Shown one piece after another: positions 10,386-21,839 of a DNA stretch of 64,000 nucleotides. A model generated the notes under the pieces. The model saw only the letters and a program-made list of their open reading frames with translations. It was not told the origin of the DNA and did no database searches. The stretch is from a virus (Duplodnaviria > Caudoviricetes): IMG/VR virus record IMGVR_UViG_2873737359_000001, positions 113,487 through 177,486 of that record, one strand, 5' to 3'. The position numbers and the translations under genes are program-made. How positions within the stretch are numbered: the stretch's first letter is position 1; each line of letters begins with the position of its first letter.

Positions 10386-11081
10386 GAATATTCATCTGCG
10401 CTTGACAATTTGACATCAGCGTGGATGCCAGACATTTATTATGCTTATGGTAATAACTTATACGAACTTGGATTAGATGATAATAGAACTGTGATGCATG
10501 AACAACGTTTCATGCTCTCAAATAATATTCTTGATCCTAAAGTATATCAGGTTACGAAAGTAACAGATCTTAATCCTTCTGGAGTAATAAAATACTCTAT
10601 TAAGCAGGATGAATTGGATAATAAACGGGATAATGTAGAATTACAAATATGTGATTATTATACGGACTCCGGTGATCAAAAAACTGAGACTATACAAAAG
10701 CCTCAAATGATGATTACGGAATCTCAAATCAGGTGGTTAACTCTTAATGATGATGGAGAATTAGAACCTATCTATGATAAATCTAAGCAATGTCTATATC
10801 TAGGAAAGAATTCTTATTTCGAATACAAACTCCCATATCAAGACTTAAAATCCGAATGGAATCTAAGTGTATATGATAGAAAAAACGAATTATCTGACGA
10901 AGACAAATCTTATTATGAAGGATTAATGAAAATAACAGTTATGGATAATGTAACTATTTCAATTAAGCCGGGAAAGGCTAATAGTCTTATTGGTAAAAGA
11001 TTTATTCTTTCAGCGACAGATAATAATGGCGATAACCACTCTTCTATCGTACTGGAGGTGGAAAAATGGTCAGAGACATAA
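10386..11081 (+). CDS. Putative head-closure/completion protein, exon 2
   Basis: In-frame continuation EYSSALDNLTSAWMP with no RBS of its own. Joined product ~403 aa. Confidence 0.65.
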   Translation, partial: EYSSALDNLTSAWMPDIYYAYGNNLYELGLDDNRTVMHEQRFMLSNNILDPKVYQVTKVTDLNPSGVIKYSIKQDELDNKRDNVELQICDYYTDSGDQKTETIQKPQMMITESQIRWLTLNDDGELEPIYDKSKQCLYLGKNSYFEYKLPYQDLKSEWNLSVYDRKNELSDEDKSYYEGLMKITVMDNVTISIKPGKANSLIGKRFILSATDNNGDNHSSIVLEVEKWSET

Positions 11082-11671
11082 AAAATATAGATAGGAATCT
11101 TGAGGATAAAAAGAACAATGATATTATTCTGAAAAAACATTTATTACTGAAAATGTTTAACGAGGACCCAGATCTAAATGAAATTTTAGGCAAAAAAGAT
11201 AAGCGTCCTTTAAATAAATATGAGGATAAAGATCATCCAACAAATACAGAAATCGAAGAACGCCACTTAATTGTTGAATATAACAAAAGAGTTGATAAAA
11301 AACAAATTATTCCATTCTTAAAACTAAATGGCATTAACAAAGAAGTATTAAATTTTATTATGTTTGATATTGATGACGATTCTGTATCTTATTCAAATGA
11401 AGTAATTAAGTCACAGATACTCAGTGTTATGTGCTTAGTTCATGAAGATGATATGGAAACCGAATACGGAATAATGCGTACAGATCTCTTAAGTTATATA
11501 GTTAAAGACTTATTATGTTGGACTAATGTTCTTGGATGTCATTTAAAATGTAAGGCCGATTACTGTGATATTGTTGATTCACGATATTATTGTAGAACTA
11601 TAAAGTTTTTAATTGAATGTCCAAACAATCTTTATCAGGGAATGAATAATAGATATGACCGATTCAAATGA
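11066..11671 (+). CDS. Putative tail terminator/completion protein
   Basis: GGAGGTG RBS, overlaps the upstream stop, connector position. Confidence 0.5.
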   Translation: MVRDIKNIDRNLEDKKNNDIILKKHLLLKMFNEDPDLNEILGKKDKRPLNKYEDKDHPTNTEIEERHLIVEYNKRVDKKQIIPFLKLNGINKEVLNFIMFDIDDDSVSYSNEVIKSQILSVMCLVHEDDMETEYGIMRTDLLSYIVKDLLCWTNVLGCHLKCKADYCDIVDSRYYCRTIKFLIECPNNLYQGMNNRYDRFK

Positions 11672-12428
11672 CAAATTGGAAATAGACACTCTCCAATTAT
11701 ATTTTGGAGAACCTTTTATTATTCATGATGATATTTTTAATGACATTCAAATACTTCAGCCTACAATTGGTGACATTATAAAAGAAGGCGAAAAAAAAGT
11801 ATATTCTGCTGTTAATATCTTTGTTACTAATACTACATCTTATAGAGTTCAATTATGGGACTTAGGAATCGACTGGAATAAGTTATCTGATTTTAGTTTG
11901 TTCTGTATGTTAGCTCCTACTCTGTCTAAAGATTCTACAAAATTATTATTCAATGATTTAGATTTCCAAAAATTTCAATTACTACAAACTACAGACGATG
12001 AGCCTGTAGTTTATTTATTTAATGAAGAAAGTAATGTTCTAATCGATGAAAAGAAATACATTACTATCTCTTCTTATATTCAATCTATGTTCAATATTCA
12101 TCCAAAAGTAGAGAAAGCAAAAGGCAAATCTACAAAAGAATGGATAATATTCGAGGATCGTCAAAATCAAGATCTCCATAAAAACGATTCTTATCAATCT
12201 ACACTTCTTCCGCTCATCTCTGCTTGTCTTAATCATCCCGGATTTAAATACAAGAAAAATGAATTACGTGAAGTTGGAATAGTTGAATTCATGGACAGTG
12301 TTCAAAGACTTCAAATTTATGAATCTTCTACTGCTCTCATGAAAGGAATGTATTCTGGATTTCTTGATACTTCAAAAATTAATAAGGAAGAACTCAATTT
12401 TATGAGAGATATCTCGATTAAAAATTGA
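11655..12428 (+). CDS. Hypothetical phage protein
   Basis: 257 aa ORF coupled to the upstream gene. Confidence 0.65.
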   Translation: MTDSNDKLEIDTLQLYFGEPFIIHDDIFNDIQILQPTIGDIIKEGEKKVYSAVNIFVTNTTSYRVQLWDLGIDWNKLSDFSLFCMLAPTLSKDSTKLLFNDLDFQKFQLLQTTDDEPVVYLFNEESNVLIDEKKYITISSYIQSMFNIHPKVEKAKGKSTKEWIIFEDRQNQDLHKNDSYQSTLLPLISACLNHPGFKYKKNELREVGIVEFMDSVQRLQIYESSTALMKGMYSGFLDTSKINKEELNFMRDISIKN

Positions 12429-12469
12429 TTTCACATAAAAAAAATAATTAAATAAAGGAGGAAATAATA

Positions 12470-13264
12470 ATGGCTTTTGCATTAGGAGATATTATTATTG
12501 ATCGTGTTCAGTATGGTTATGCTGAGGATTTTAGTGGTACACCACTTTATACATTAACACAGCTTCAGGATGCTACAATTAACATTAGTGCAGAGTCAAC
12601 AGATGCTGTTGATAACACAGGTGCTATTGTTAAGAGATTCTGGAAAGCTAAAACAGGTGAATTTACAGCAAATAACGCTATGATTAACCTGAATATTATC
12701 GCTGCTGGTGCAGGTGAAGGATCTGCTACTCTCGCAGAGACAAAAGCGTTTGATATGCCAAGAATCATTACAGCAACACAGGATGGAACAGGTGCTGTAA
12801 CTGTAAAACTTGGTGAGTCTGCAGACGTCAAAGAGGAAAGCATTAAAGTTAATGTATTCAATAAAAATGGGTCTATGGGAACGCTTTGCACAAAGGATTC
12901 AGCTGCTGCAGAGACTAAATATTCTTATTCTGAAGGAACTCTTGCTTTGCCTAAAACAGCTGGTACATATATTATCAAATATAAAAGAAATGTATCTAAA
13001 GATGGCGTTAAGATCGTTAATGAGGCAGATAAGTTCCCGTCTACAGTTAAGCTTACTCTTAAAGCTCTTGCTGTTGATCCATGTACACCGGATACTCTTA
13101 GAGGTGTGTACATTGTAATTCCGTCATTCCAGGTATCACCTGAAGTTGAAATTTCTCTGACAACAGACGGTCAGTTACAGTATTCTGGACAGATGCAGAT
13201 GAACTACTGTGCTGCCGACAAAGCTCTGTATGAAGTATACTTCGCAGATGGCGACGAAGAATAA
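12470..13264 (+). CDS. Major tail (tube) protein
   Basis: 264 aa, AAGGAGG RBS, beta-rich, followed by a hairpin, upstream of the tape measure gene. Confidence 0.75.
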   Translation: MAFALGDIIIDRVQYGYAEDFSGTPLYTLTQLQDATINISAESTDAVDNTGAIVKRFWKAKTGEFTANNAMINLNIIAAGAGEGSATLAETKAFDMPRIITATQDGTGAVTVKLGESADVKEESIKVNVFNKNGSMGTLCTKDSAAAETKYSYSEGTLALPKTAGTYIIKYKRNVSKDGVKIVNEADKFPSTVKLTLKALAVDPCTPDTLRGVYIVIPSFQVSPEVEISLTTDGQLQYSGQMQMNYCAADKALYEVYFADGDEE

Positions 13265-13295
13265 TTTGATATAATAATTATTCGAAATTTATTTA

Positions 13296-13329
13296 TGGTC
13301 GGTACGGGTCAAATCGTACCGGCTATTTT
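13296..13329 (+). terminator. Hairpin with GGTCAAAT loop after the tail tube gene
   Basis: TGGTCGGTACG / CGTACCGGCTA stem followed by TTTT. Confidence 0.6.
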
Positions 13330-13354
13330 AATGCCATTTTAAAGGAGGCAAATA

Positions 13355-13741
13355 ATGATAAAGGATAATAAAATATGTATTTTATGTGGTAAAAAATATA
13401 GCTTCTGTAATCGTTGCGAAGAATATGATCATTTGCCAAGATGGATGGCTATTTATTGCAGCGAAAATTGTAAAAACATATTTAACACAATTTCTGGATA
13501 TAACATGAAACTTAAAACTAAAGAAGAAGCTGCTAGTGCTCTTGGAGAATGTGATCTTTCAAAGAAAAGTCAATTTAATCAAGCATGTCAGCAATATATC
13601 GATGAGATTCTTGATACTAAAGAAGAGCCTATAAAAAAACCTGTTGTTGTAAATACAATTTTTAAAGTAGAAGAATCTAAAGAAGTTATAACAGAACCAC
13701 AGAACAAACCAAAACGTATAAGAAATGTTAAAAATAAATAG
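13355..13741 (+). CDS. Cys-rich (zinc-binding) hypothetical protein
   Basis: CILCG, CNRC and CSENC motifs; AAGGAGG RBS. Confidence 0.65.
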   Translation: MIKDNKICILCGKKYSFCNRCEEYDHLPRWMAIYCSENCKNIFNTISGYNMKLKTKEEAASALGECDLSKKSQFNQACQQYIDEILDTKEEPIKKPVVVNTIFKVEESKEVITEPQNKPKRIRNVKNK

Positions 13742-13761
13742 TATTTGAATAGTGGTTTTAT

Positions 13762-13797
13762 AAGGGGTATAGACTATTCAAGCTATACCCCTTTTTT
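13762..13797 (+). terminator. Intrinsic terminator
   Basis: AAGGGGTATAG / CTATACCCCTT stem followed by a T run. Confidence 0.7.
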
Positions 13798-13820
13798 CAC
13801 TTTTAAGGAGTAAAAGGAAT

Positions 13821-14027
13821 ATGGGAAAATTTGATGTTGAACCAAATGAACTTAATTTAAAACCGAGACTATATAATACGCACGAAGTTGTAAGAATTGT
13901 AAACCCAAAGCAAAGAGATCTTTATATTAAACATCGTGTGTATCCGATTGATATTATTGTATATATCTTTTTAAAAGAAGAAACTAAAGATCTTTTTCAA
14001 AAATGGATTGATCATACATTGGAGTAA
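13821..14027 (+). CDS. Small hypothetical protein
   Basis: AGGAG...AAGGA RBS. Confidence 0.6.
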   Translation: MGKFDVEPNELNLKPRLYNTHEVVRIVNPKQRDLYIKHRVYPIDIIVYIFLKEETKDLFQKWIDHTLE

Positions 14028-14032
14028 ATTAT

Positions 14033-14299
14033 ATGGATAATTATGAAAAAATTTTAGATAAACAAGAATTAAGATATGTACTTGGAACTGCTGTATCAGG
14101 ACATACTACATATCTAAAAAAGACATTAGCAAAAGCAGAATATGAATTTGTAACAGATATTACAAAGGCAACGAAAACAGTTTCTGCTAAGATTGCAAAA
14201 ATTATACTTGAAAATTATGTTCGAGATACTGGAGATACAGAATCCGAACTTATTGTTATACCTTTATTGATTAGTTATGAACTTATAAAAGAGGTATAG
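14033..14299 (+). CDS. Hypothetical protein
   Basis: GGAG RBS, coupled to upstream gene. Confidence 0.6.
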   Translation: MDNYEKILDKQELRYVLGTAVSGHTTYLKKTLAKAEYEFVTDITKATKTVSAKIAKIILENYVRDTGDTESELIVIPLLISYELIKEV

Positions 14300-14320
14300 A
14301 TATATAGGAGTAAAAGGAAT

Positions 14321-14674
14321 ATGGAAAATACAAAAAATTATTTAGACAAACTTGATTATGTAAAAATGATATTTGATGATGAAGAATTTTGCATAATCAA
14401 TAACATAAAAGATTATGAGATCGATTTATATAGTGATAGACCAAGCTGTATCAAAATAGATACTAACCTATTTGATCCATTAATTAAAGAATATTTTGAT
14501 AATAGGAAATATGTAAATAAGGTAATGTTATATTTTGTTGGTGTAGGTTCAAATAATTTATGTGCAAATTCATCATATTTGATATACAAATATAATGTTA
14601 ACGCTCTTATTCAAAATATACGAATAACAGATCTTGAAGTCAGTTTCACAATAGAGGGTGATTTTCATGTCTGA
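14321..14674 (+). CDS. Hypothetical protein
   Basis: Same 19-nt leader as the 13821 gene; very AT-rich. Confidence 0.55.
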   Translation: MENTKNYLDKLDYVKMIFDDEEFCIINNIKDYEIDLYSDRPSCIKIDTNLFDPLIKEYFDNRKYVNKVMLYFVGVGSNNLCANSSYLIYKYNVNALIQNIRITDLEVSFTIEGDFHV

Positions 14675-15131
14675 AATATTAAAGCTAACATTAGATAATG
14701 ATGTTGTAGAAAAATATAATAAGAAATATTTTTTTGAACATCCAAGAGCTAAGAAAGAGCCAATAACAAAACCATATCATCCTTCTATTAATACATGGAT
14801 GATACTACCACGTATTCAGATGAATGCATTAAAACAAAAATGGAAAGACTTCGTTGGATTTTGGGTAAAATTAAACAAATTAGAAAATAGACAGTTAGAC
14901 AATTTTGATCTTGTCGTGACTGTCTTTTTTGATACCAGAAGACGTCATGATTGTGATAATCAAATACCAAAATTTATTCTTGATGGATTTACAGAGTCCG
15001 GATTGATCGTTGATGACGACGAAAAACATTTGCACTCTCTCACTTTAAAAACTGGATACGACAAAGAAAATCCACGAACTGAATTTGAATTTTATATACA
15101 TTCTGATGAAAAGATAAGTCAGGATAAATAA
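14667..15131 (+). CDS. rusA: RusA-like Holliday junction resolvase
   Basis: PSIN motif, RRHDCDNQIPKFILDGF and IVDDD acidic catalytic pattern of the RusA family. Confidence 0.7.
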   Translation: MSEILKLTLDNDVVEKYNKKYFFEHPRAKKEPITKPYHPSINTWMILPRIQMNALKQKWKDFVGFWVKLNKLENRQLDNFDLVVTVFFDTRRRHDCDNQIPKFILDGFTESGLIVDDDEKHLHSLTLKTGYDKENPRTEFEFYIHSDEKISQDK

Positions 15132-15161
15132 TTATATATGGAATAAAAAGGAGAAATTATT

Positions 15162-15743
15162 ATGCCAGAAAATATTATTAATAAATCTAATAAAGAAACC
15201 GTAGAAAGAAAACTTACTGTAAAAGAGTTTTGTCGTAGATATGATATGTTAAAAACTGACGAGCAGAAATCTAATTTTGTGCAGTCTATGGTTTATAGAA
15301 CATATTGTCCGGTTCTTGAGAAAAAAGTGATTCTTCAGACTATGCTTGATAAAACAATTGTATCAGATAAAAACGGCGTGGAATATATAGATATGTTTTT
15401 ATCTAAGATTAACTTTACTACTACTATTCTTCTGCTTTATACCAAATTTAATATAAGCAAAAATGATGATAGTGAAACAACTGCGTTCCAGGATTACGAT
15501 CTTCTTATTGAGAGAGGATTCTTAAATGTTATCAGTGCTGCCATAGGCGAAGACGAACTTAATGAACTGACGACAATCAATGGATTGCTTATGGATAATT
15601 TTTACGCAAAAAATAAAAATCTTGAAGCATTTATTGCCAAGTATACACAGGCATTTGCTACTATATTCGGCATGTTTGCAGATGAGGGCATCTCTGAATT
15701 AATGAAGTACATCAAAGAGTACGGAGACGTATTAGGCAAGTAA
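15162..15743 (+). CDS. Hypothetical protein (possible tail assembly chaperone)
   Basis: Helical protein two genes upstream of the tape measure gene. Confidence 0.5.
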   Translation: MPENIINKSNKETVERKLTVKEFCRRYDMLKTDEQKSNFVQSMVYRTYCPVLEKKVILQTMLDKTIVSDKNGVEYIDMFLSKINFTTTILLLYTKFNISKNDDSETTAFQDYDLLIERGFLNVISAAIGEDELNELTTINGLLMDNFYAKNKNLEAFIAKYTQAFATIFGMFADEGISELMKYIKEYGDVLGK

Positions 15744-15794
15744 AACTTTAAAAATAATATATGAGATTTAAATAAAACTATGGAGGTGAATATT

Positions 15795-16352
15795 ATGAAG
15801 CAGATTGAAATTACTTATGAAAAATTGATGAAGTTGCATGATGAATTTGTTATTGGTACAAAAAAAGAAAAGAAAAATATAGAAAAAGAAATTGCTGAAT
15901 TTTTAGCGAAGGATATTCTTGAAGATGTAAAACGTGCGTATACACAAATTATAAATAATTGGTACGCTTCGTATTCGCCTTCAATTTATGACAGAAAAGA
16001 AACTCTTAAAGATACCGGAAAATTTATTTTAAATGGAAGCAAAATAACAATTTATGCAAGCTCTGATCCTATGAACGGTCATAGATTAGATAATGATCGT
16101 TTGTTTAAATTAACAATGTTACAAGGATATCATGGCGGCGCATGGCATAATGGTACTCCTATGTATCGTGGTCCAGTGCCTAGTTATTATATGTGGACTA
16201 GACCGGCTGAAAAAACATTTTCTCCAGCAAGAGCAATGGCTAATTGGATAAAGTCTTATCAATATAGGCCAGTAACAAAAAAAATAAATAAAATTGAAGA
16301 AATATTTCGAAAATATTATTCAAAATATGACTATTTTAAAATGTTTTTTTAG
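15795..16352 (+). CDS. Hypothetical tail-associated protein
   Basis: GGAGGTG RBS before ATG 15795; immediately upstream of the tape measure gene. Confidence 0.6.
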   Translation: MKQIEITYEKLMKLHDEFVIGTKKEKKNIEKEIAEFLAKDILEDVKRAYTQIINNWYASYSPSIYDRKETLKDTGKFILNGSKITIYASSDPMNGHRLDNDRLFKLTMLQGYHGGAWHNGTPMYRGPVPSYYMWTRPAEKTFSPARAMANWIKSYQYRPVTKKINKIEEIFRKYYSKYDYFKMFF

Positions 16353-16374
16353 TATGTATTAAGGAGGAATATAA

Positions 16375-19300
16375 ATGAGTGATATGAAATTAGGAGAGAT
16401 TAGTCTTGATCCTGTTGCTGAAGCAATTGTTAAAGGGGTCAATATGAAAGCAAATTCTAAGGCTAATAAAGAATTTCAAAAAACAATAGATCAAATAAAA
16501 GAAGGCACAGACATGCCTGTTAGATTTAACCCCAATACTTCCGAATTTGATAAAGCTAAAAAAGAAGCTGAGAAACCAATAAAGACTCCGGTTAAATTAG
16601 AGACAGAAAATGTTGATCTCCCGCTTCTAGGGAAAACTCCTGTAAAATTATCAATTGATAAAGATAGTCGAACTGCTATTAAAAAAACTTTAAAGGATGC
16701 AGAAAAAGCATCAAAAAGTTTAATTGATTCTGCGGCAAGAACTGTAAAAAAAATAGGTTCCGCAAATTATTTAGAAGAACTTACAAAAAATGAACGACAA
16801 GCAATTTCTACTGCAGTGTCTAAAGTAAAACGTAACCATCCTGAAATTTCAGATGATAGGTTAAAAACATTTGAGCAAAATCTTATATTAGATAGACGAG
16901 CAAAAAAAACACATGAAACATTATCAGAAAATTTCAAGCTTCCAGATTCTTCTTCTAAATCATATGGACAAGAGATGTATGAAGCTGCTATTGCAGCTGC
17001 AAAGATTCAGGCTGCTGTTAAAATCAGAGAAGATCTTCATAACGATGAAAGCTATACACAATTTTTATCAAAAAATGATAGAAGCAAAAGTTATAATGGC
17101 AACACTCTTAAGATACCAGGAAAATTTATAGATCAAATACAAACTGGTTTGTACGAACATTTAGGGGTTACAGAATTAGGCAATGCTCTTACTTCTGGAA
17201 ATAGCTGGACTGGAATACAAGATCGTATGGTACGATCAATTGATTCTTTTAGTGCAGGTTTAACAGATGTTATAGAAGCTTCTATTCCAAAGACTTCTTC
17301 TGGAGATCGTATCACTAAGAAATTTCAGAAAAGAATAGATTCTGCTGTTAAAATGGCTGTTGGTATGTCTGTAGATGATGCCATTAATTATTTAACAGGG
17401 AAAAGGGGCATTAAAGAAAATAAAGAGGCGTTATCTTTATTAGGAAAGAAAAAAAATGGAGAATATGAATATTCTGTTGATGATATACTTGGCATATTAT
17501 CAGAGAAGGCGCCAACAGGTGGATCTGAAAACGGTGGCACTAATTATAAAGGATTTAGTCAAATTTTAGGAGCCTTACAGGTATATAACAGAAACGGAGC
17601 GTCTGGATTAAGTGCAAATCGTATTGAACGATTATCAGAACTTGTTGATGTAATTACCTCTACTTATACAGGCAATGATGGTTTCGTTGATTATGATGCA
17701 AAAACCGTAATTAAGTCAATCGATACAGCATTAGATAAAGTTCAGGACGAAGCCGAAAAGGCGTCAAAAGAATCAAAAGAACAACCTAAAGTAGCGGAAA
17801 AACCTAAATCTAAAAAATCTAATGAGAAGTCCTCTTCTACAACTTCTAAAAAAGAATCTGCAAAGACTGAGACTAAAACGGTTGAAGAAAAAGAACCGGG
17901 AAAAATTGAAAAATCTAAAGAAGAATTTGTTTCTTCTACTCCAAATAAATCCCATCGTAAAGTAGTAAAACCTCCTAAAATCTTAAAGGGCAATTCTCAA
18001 GCCAGAGATGTGAATGGTAATTTATTATCTTGGGATGGACAAGATTGGAAAATAAAATCAAATTCAGAATCCGATTCTTTATGGGAAAATATACCAGAGA
18101 ATCCGTCTCCTGAATTTTTAAAAAGATTTGAAAGAGCTAAAAAATTTACCAAAAATCATCCTGAATTATTTGGTCCAGATGCTCTCCCTATAGAATTTGA
18201 TGAGGAAGCTTTTTTGAAAGATTTTTTGAAAACATTGAATGATGCTCCCCCTATAAAATTTGATGAGGAAGATTTTGGGAAAACAATGAATGATGGAGTA
18301 AGTGTTAAAGTTCCAGATGCATCCAAAGATATAAAAGATGGAGCAAAGCAAATAAAACAGGCGTCAGATACAATAGAAAAAACTTCCAAAACCGATCAAA
18401 AAATATCTGATGACAAGAAAGAATCTTCTGATTCTATAAAACCAAAAACTCATTCATCTTCACATTCGAAAAAAGGAAATAATCAACAAGATGACGATCA
18501 AGATCAAATAAATACTGGAAATGATGTAAAAAAAACAAAAAAAGAATTTACATCACAATATAAAGAAGCCATTTCTGATATTAAAGATCTAGGGAAAGCA
18601 TATGTTAATCTTCAAAATGCTATTTTAAATCCAACAGGTAAAACTTATAAAAAATCAAATGGAAAAATAGGATCTTCATATGAAGATTTTATTGATCAGC
18701 AATTATCTGATATTGAAAATAAGGAAAATCGAATTAGGTCATTTAACAAAAATGTTCATAATCAAAATAAGACAAATCCTTCTCAAATTAAGGATCAGAA
18801 TATTTTTGATAGTTATGAGAAAGAATTGCAAGATAGTCAGTTACAGCAAAGTCAATTTGATGATAATCTAGTTAGTCTTATGAGATCTGCATACGAAGTT
18901 CGTAATAATGCTCAAAATGAAATACTTAAAACGATTGGCAGTCCTACACGAAAAGGAGAAATTAATTTAGAAAAATTTGCAAAGCAGCAAGAACGCTTTG
19001 CTAAAAGTGATTATGTGTACAATTTGCTTAGTGATAAAGTAAGCAAACGTAAAGGAAATGCATATCAAGAATCTGCCATATCTGATATTGCGGAATCTTC
19101 AAAAACAGATAGAGAGTCTATTTTACAAACGAATTTTGGTACGTTGTCTCAACAAATCAATGATTATGTATCATCTATTGAAAGAGCTGGACGCGCAAGC
19201 GAACAATTCAAATCAGATTTTGGAAAAATACAATCTGATTTGAATAAAAATGATCCTTCTCAATTTAAAGATACTGAATCAGGTATGAAAGAATATCTTG

Positions 19301-21153
19301 ACTTTATGACAGATATTCGCAGTCGTTTTAACAGCAATAAAGATTTTTATGAAAATGGCATCGGAAAATCTACTTTAGATTATGAAGCTATCAAAAATAA
19401 ATTAATTAAAGCAGAAAACTATAATACTAAAACAAATGAGTATAAATCAAAAGTTTTTGGTTTTCAAGAACAATGGGATGGTATTATAGATAGTTACAGT
19501 TCCGGAGATATAGAGAAAATGAAAGAAGCGGAACATGCCGCCACTTCTCTTATATCCACAATGAACGACTTTTATAAAGAATCATCTAAAAGTGATAAAT
19601 ATAAAAAGACAACGTCGAAAGGTACTTTAGTAGAAGACACTGTAGGTAAGGTTCAAGATATTAATGATGCAAAACAATCATTAAAACAATTTACCGATGA
19701 AATGAAATTAACTAATAAGGTGTCAGAAACCATTGATACATCAACAGGTAAGATCACACAAAAATTCAAAGATGATTATTCTGGAAATATAATTACTATC
19801 ACAAGTAATATTGACGAACTTAACAATGCTCTTAGAACAACTCAAAAAATTCAATCATCCGGTTCAGGTGGTTCAGGCGGCTCTCTTCTGGGAGGATTAA
19901 AAAATCTCGTATCCGGCAACTTTAAATCAATTGTTGGTGAAATAGGAAGTAGCGTAGCTAATGTTCAAATTCTTGGCCAAGCTTTCCAGCAAATGAAAGA
20001 TGGATTTAATACATTCCTTGATTTCAATAAAGGATTAACTAATATCAGTTATACCATGGATATGAGCAAAGAACAGCTCTCATCTCTCGGATCATCTGCT
20101 GTTGATATGGCCAAAGATCTTTCTATGTCCTTGGATAATACCATGGATATCTATCAGATCTATGCAAATATGAATACTACACCTAAGGAAATCCAGGAAA
20201 CAGCGAAGCCTACTGCTATTCTGAGTAACTTAAGTGGTGTAGATGCTTCTACCGCCGCCGATCAGGTACAGGGTATTCTTCAGCAGTTCCATATGCTTGA
20301 AGATGGCTCTACTACTGCTGCCGATGCTTCCATGCACGTAGTTGATGTATTGGATAAGATTTCCGGAAATATCGGTATGGATTATGCTAAGGGAATCAAG
20401 GTTATTTCTGATGCGGTACAGGCTTCCGGTCAGGTAGCATTTGATGCTGGAATGAGCTACGAGCAGTTAGCTGCTGTATCTGCTAAAGTAGCTGAAAGAA
20501 CTCGTGAAGATGGATCTTCTATTGGTAATGCAATGAAGACTATCATAACGAGAATCAGTAAAGTTGGATCTATGCCAGAATATGCTGCAGATGTAAGTAA
20601 TGAAGATCTTTCCCAGGCTTCAGAGTCTTTACATAAAGTTGGTGTAGAAGTCTATAACACAGATGGATCATTCCGTGATCTTGATACAATCCTTTCAGAA
20701 CTTAATTCTAAATGGGACGGATTGACAGACGCTCAAAAAGCAAATATTTCATACAATGTTGCAGCCACGAGGCAAACTTCAAAATTCAAGAATATACTTG
20801 AAGCTTGGACAGATTCTATGAATTTGGCAAACGAGGCCACTACAACCAGTGGTAATGCCGAAGCCAATCAGGAAAAATATATGGAATCTTTCTCCGGAAA
20901 GATCCAGGCAATAAAAACTCAGATGGATGAGTTTTGGTTAAACTTCTATAATTCAGACCAGGTATCTGGAGCTTTAGATTTTGTACAAGGTTTAACCGAA
21001 GGATTTACAGGGCTTGAAGAAGCCATTGGTCCAATTCCTACTCTAATCACGGCTGTATTCTCAGCATTGACCGTAAAAAATGCAGCAACAAAAGGATTAG
21101 ACTTTTTAGTAGGGAAAGATGGACAAGCAAGTGGACTTGCAAATGCCGTGGGT
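16375..21153 (+). CDS. Tail tape measure protein, exon 1 (contains TP901-family core)
   Basis: Core motifs such as GSSIGNAMKTIITRI and DGSFRDLDTILSELNSKW. Ends at the predicted 5' splice site GGU; the ORF-track stop TGA is the first intron codon. Confidence 0.88.
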
Positions 21154-21615
21154 TGACCCAAATTCGGGGTTACAGTTATTATTTCCGATTAATAATGAGC
21201 CTATCTACATAAAGATCGTGAGATCAATGTGTGGAGACGAGCGGCAATAAATAACTAGAGGATTAAAACGTTGAAACCTGCTATTCTATAATATAGTGAA
21301 TCGGGCGAAAGCCTGCAGGTAACGCACGTGCCAACCTGGTTAACGTCTAGTAATATGTGAAACATTAGTAACAATTGCGGAAGCAATGATGAGGGAAGCA
21401 TATGAATAATCAGGAAGTGTAGAGAGCGCACCCTTCCTCGGAGTATATACAAAATCCATATATGTATATGCTTTTAATGAATGTGCCTATAGTAATGATG
21501 GTGAAATCCATCCAGTACTCTTCTACTGTTATTTTAAATGAAGAAAAATATTTTTAGGAAGTGCCCCTATAAAAGAGGCACTGTTATTAAAGGTTTTATC
21601 CTTTAATCCTCGGGC

Positions 21616-21637
21616 AAAAAAAATGGTCCCCGACCGT
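21616..21637 (-). terminator. Terminator of the minus-strand cargo gene
   Basis: On the minus strand, ACGGTC-GGG-GACCAT followed by a T run. Confidence 0.5.
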
Positions 21638-21638
21638 C

Positions 21639-21839
21639 TCACTTGCCGCCCGATGCAACGCTTGCAAAGTCACAATTAAAATTAGCCGAGATCTCATTTA
21701 TGCTAACTTTAATATAGAAACTTAAAGCTTCTGGATTATGTTTGAGTATCATCCAGATAGCTGCAAGAATCAATATTGAAATTATAGCTAATATAATTAT
21801 TGACCCTACAAGCTTAATTCGTTTTGAATTATTGTCCAT
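21639..21839 (-). CDS. Small single-TM membrane protein (intron cargo)
   Basis: GGAGGTG RBS, hydrophobic segment LVGSIIILAIISILILAAIWMIL, own terminator right after the stop. Confidence 0.65.
   Translation of the reverse strand: MDNNSKRIKLVGSIIILAIISILILAAIWMILKHNPEALSFYIKVSINEISANFNCDFASVASGGK

Noticed and set aside
15162-16352. Programmed -1 frameshift in tail assembly chaperones
   Set aside because: No convincing slippery heptamer at the end of the 15162 ORF, and the next gene has its own strong RBS.
21154-21156. Stop-codon readthrough or recoding to join the TMP halves
   Set aside because: More than 2 kb with many stops in all frames separates the halves, and other genes end normally on TGA, TAG and TAA.
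21148-21200. Group II intron start (GTGGG resembles GUGYG)
   Set aside because: No domain V/VI or reverse transcriptase is visible. The P1/P10/P7/P9.0 pairings fit group I and place GTGGGT in the exon.
21255-21452. Minus-strand 65-aa ORF over the intron core
   Set aside because: No RBS, and it overlaps the structured ribozyme; likely a chance ORF.
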